NCBI RefSeq assembly: GCF_004010195.1
Contig: NC_057719.1
Location: 17,718,165 to 17,782,164 of the forward strand
Direction of reading: 5' to 3'
Length of the DNA stretch: 64,000 bases
Source of the DNA: Chiloscyllium plagiosum
Lineage: Eukaryota
Shown here piece after piece: positions 62,500-64,000 of the stretch. Below the pieces are notes generated by a model that saw nothing but the letters and a program-made list of their open reading frames with translations, did not search any database and was not told where the DNA came from. How positions within the stretch are numbered: position 1 is the first letter of the stretch; each line of letters begins with the position of its first letter. Position numbers and translations under genes: made by a program.

Positions 62500-64000
62500 G
62501 AATCCTATAACAACAACATCAAAGGAGGTCGTTCTGTTAGTTATATTTGTACTGGCTCTCTGAAAGAGCAGCTCAGCTCATCCCACTCTATTGCCCTTTT
62601 CCTTGCTGCCTTGCATTTTTTTTTCTTCAGACACCTATCTAATTCCTTTTAAAGGCCATGACTGTATTGTCTCCACAAATCTCTCAAACAATGCATGTCA
62701 TATTGCAAATCATATTGCAATTAATTCATTTGACAGTTCAGTCTTCTCCCAATCCAAGCCAATACCATCATGGTACTGCCATTAAGCACCTTTGATCTCA
62801 TCTACTTAGAGTCATAGAGTCTTGATCTAGACTCTTAGTGATTTTGAGCCCCTCTTCATATCTTCTCTTTCCCTTCCTGAAGGAGAATAACGCTGGTTTC
62901 TCCACCTGTTCATCAAATTGAAGTTCCACATCCCTGAAGCTATTCTTCTCAATACTTGCCGTACCATGTACTTGAGTTGGCAGCAGCTCAGAGTAAGTTC
63001 ACTAGACTGATTCTTGGGATGATGGGATTGTCGTGTAGGAAATGTTGAGCAAGTTGGACTGGGGCTTAGAAGAATGAAGTAATCTTATTGAAGCAATTAT
63101 TCTTAGGGAACATGACAGGGTAGATACCGAGAGGATGTTTCCTCTTCACAGGCATAATGAAGTATAGGGCAAAACAAAGGGTCTCCATTTAAGATGGAGA
63201 CTAGGAGAAATTTCTTCTCAGCATCACTAATCTTTGGAATTCTCTTCCTCAGATAGGAGTGGTGACTAGGTTGTTAAGTATATTCAGGATTGCGTTAGAT
63301 TCATTTTTGAGTGGTGGAATTGAGGGTTATTGGGGCAGCCTGTACATTGGAGTTATGATCATAGAATATAACAGCACAAAAGAAGGCCATTTGGCCTATT
63401 GTGCCTGTGCTCTTTAAGAGAGAGCTAACAAATTAATCTGTTCTGTCATCTACTACTTTGCCATGGCCCTGCAAAATTTCAGATGAACCGTGTCTTAATG
63501 AAGGCCAGAACAGACTTAAAGAGCTGTTTGGCCTTCCCCACTCAAGTTTAAATTATTTTATGTCCTTCTCTAAGGCCTTTACATCCTTCCTAAAATGTGG
63601 TGCCCAGCATTGAACACAATGCTCCAGTCAAGGCCAAACCAATGTCTTCTGCAGATTTATCAAGACTTCCTTGTTGTTGTACTCTATTCCTCTGCTGTAA
63701 AGCCCAGGATTCCATGTGCTTTTGAAACACTTTTTCAACTTGCCTGACCACCTTCAATAGTTTGTGCTGTTATATCCCCAGATCTCTCTGTTCCGACACC
63801 TGTTTTTGAATTGTACCCTTTGCTTTATATTGCATCTCCGTATTCGTCCTACCAAATTGTATTTCTTCGCCCTCTGCTGCATTAAATTTCATTGGCTGCC
63901 TACTTGTTCACTCCAATTAGCTTTTTGTCCTCTTGAAGTCTGTCACTACCCTCCTTACAGTTCACAATGCTTCTAAGTTTTGTCATCTTCAAATTTTGAC
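62500..64000. mobile_element. Cluster of old CR1 fragments in both orientations
   Basis: Plus strand 62990-63360 (ttagaagaatga...aggagaaatttcttctc...tggaattctcttcc); minus strand 63560-64000 (tgtggtgcccagcattgaacacaatgctcc...tttgtcatc). Confidence 0.65.

Overview
Eukaryotic (vertebrate) genomic DNA. The repeat landscape (CR1 and L2 LINEs, tRNA-SINEs with CR1-type tails, Deu-domain SINEs, Penelope remnants) suggests a cartilaginous fish; this is an inference. The window holds one protein-coding gene, BCL11B (CTIP2), on the minus strand: exon 1 CDS 47042-46988 (MSRRKQGNPQHLSKREFS), exon 2 41318-40965 (CCHC ZnF0) and the terminal exon 12837-10835 (six C2H2 fingers, ending [19 protein letters not shown]). 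Spliced, these give 803 aa, followed by an apparently TE-free 3'UTR of about 5.7 kb. Main observations: (1) a family of ~140-250 bp, mostly head-to-head palindromic Penelope-derived mini-elements carrying minimal hammerhead-ribozyme motifs, five copies flanked by ~14 bp target-site duplications, with no intact sense-strand core in any intronic copy; (2) exon 1 and the 5'UTR look BCL11A-like, including uORFs, while the gene body is BCL11B; (3) a frame-preserving 93-nt candidate cassette exon; (4) a ~55 bp-period TGCAAGTTGCA palindrome array upstream of the gene. There are three assembly gaps, one inside the large intron. Comparisons with human BCL11A/B are from memory and need confirmation by alignment.
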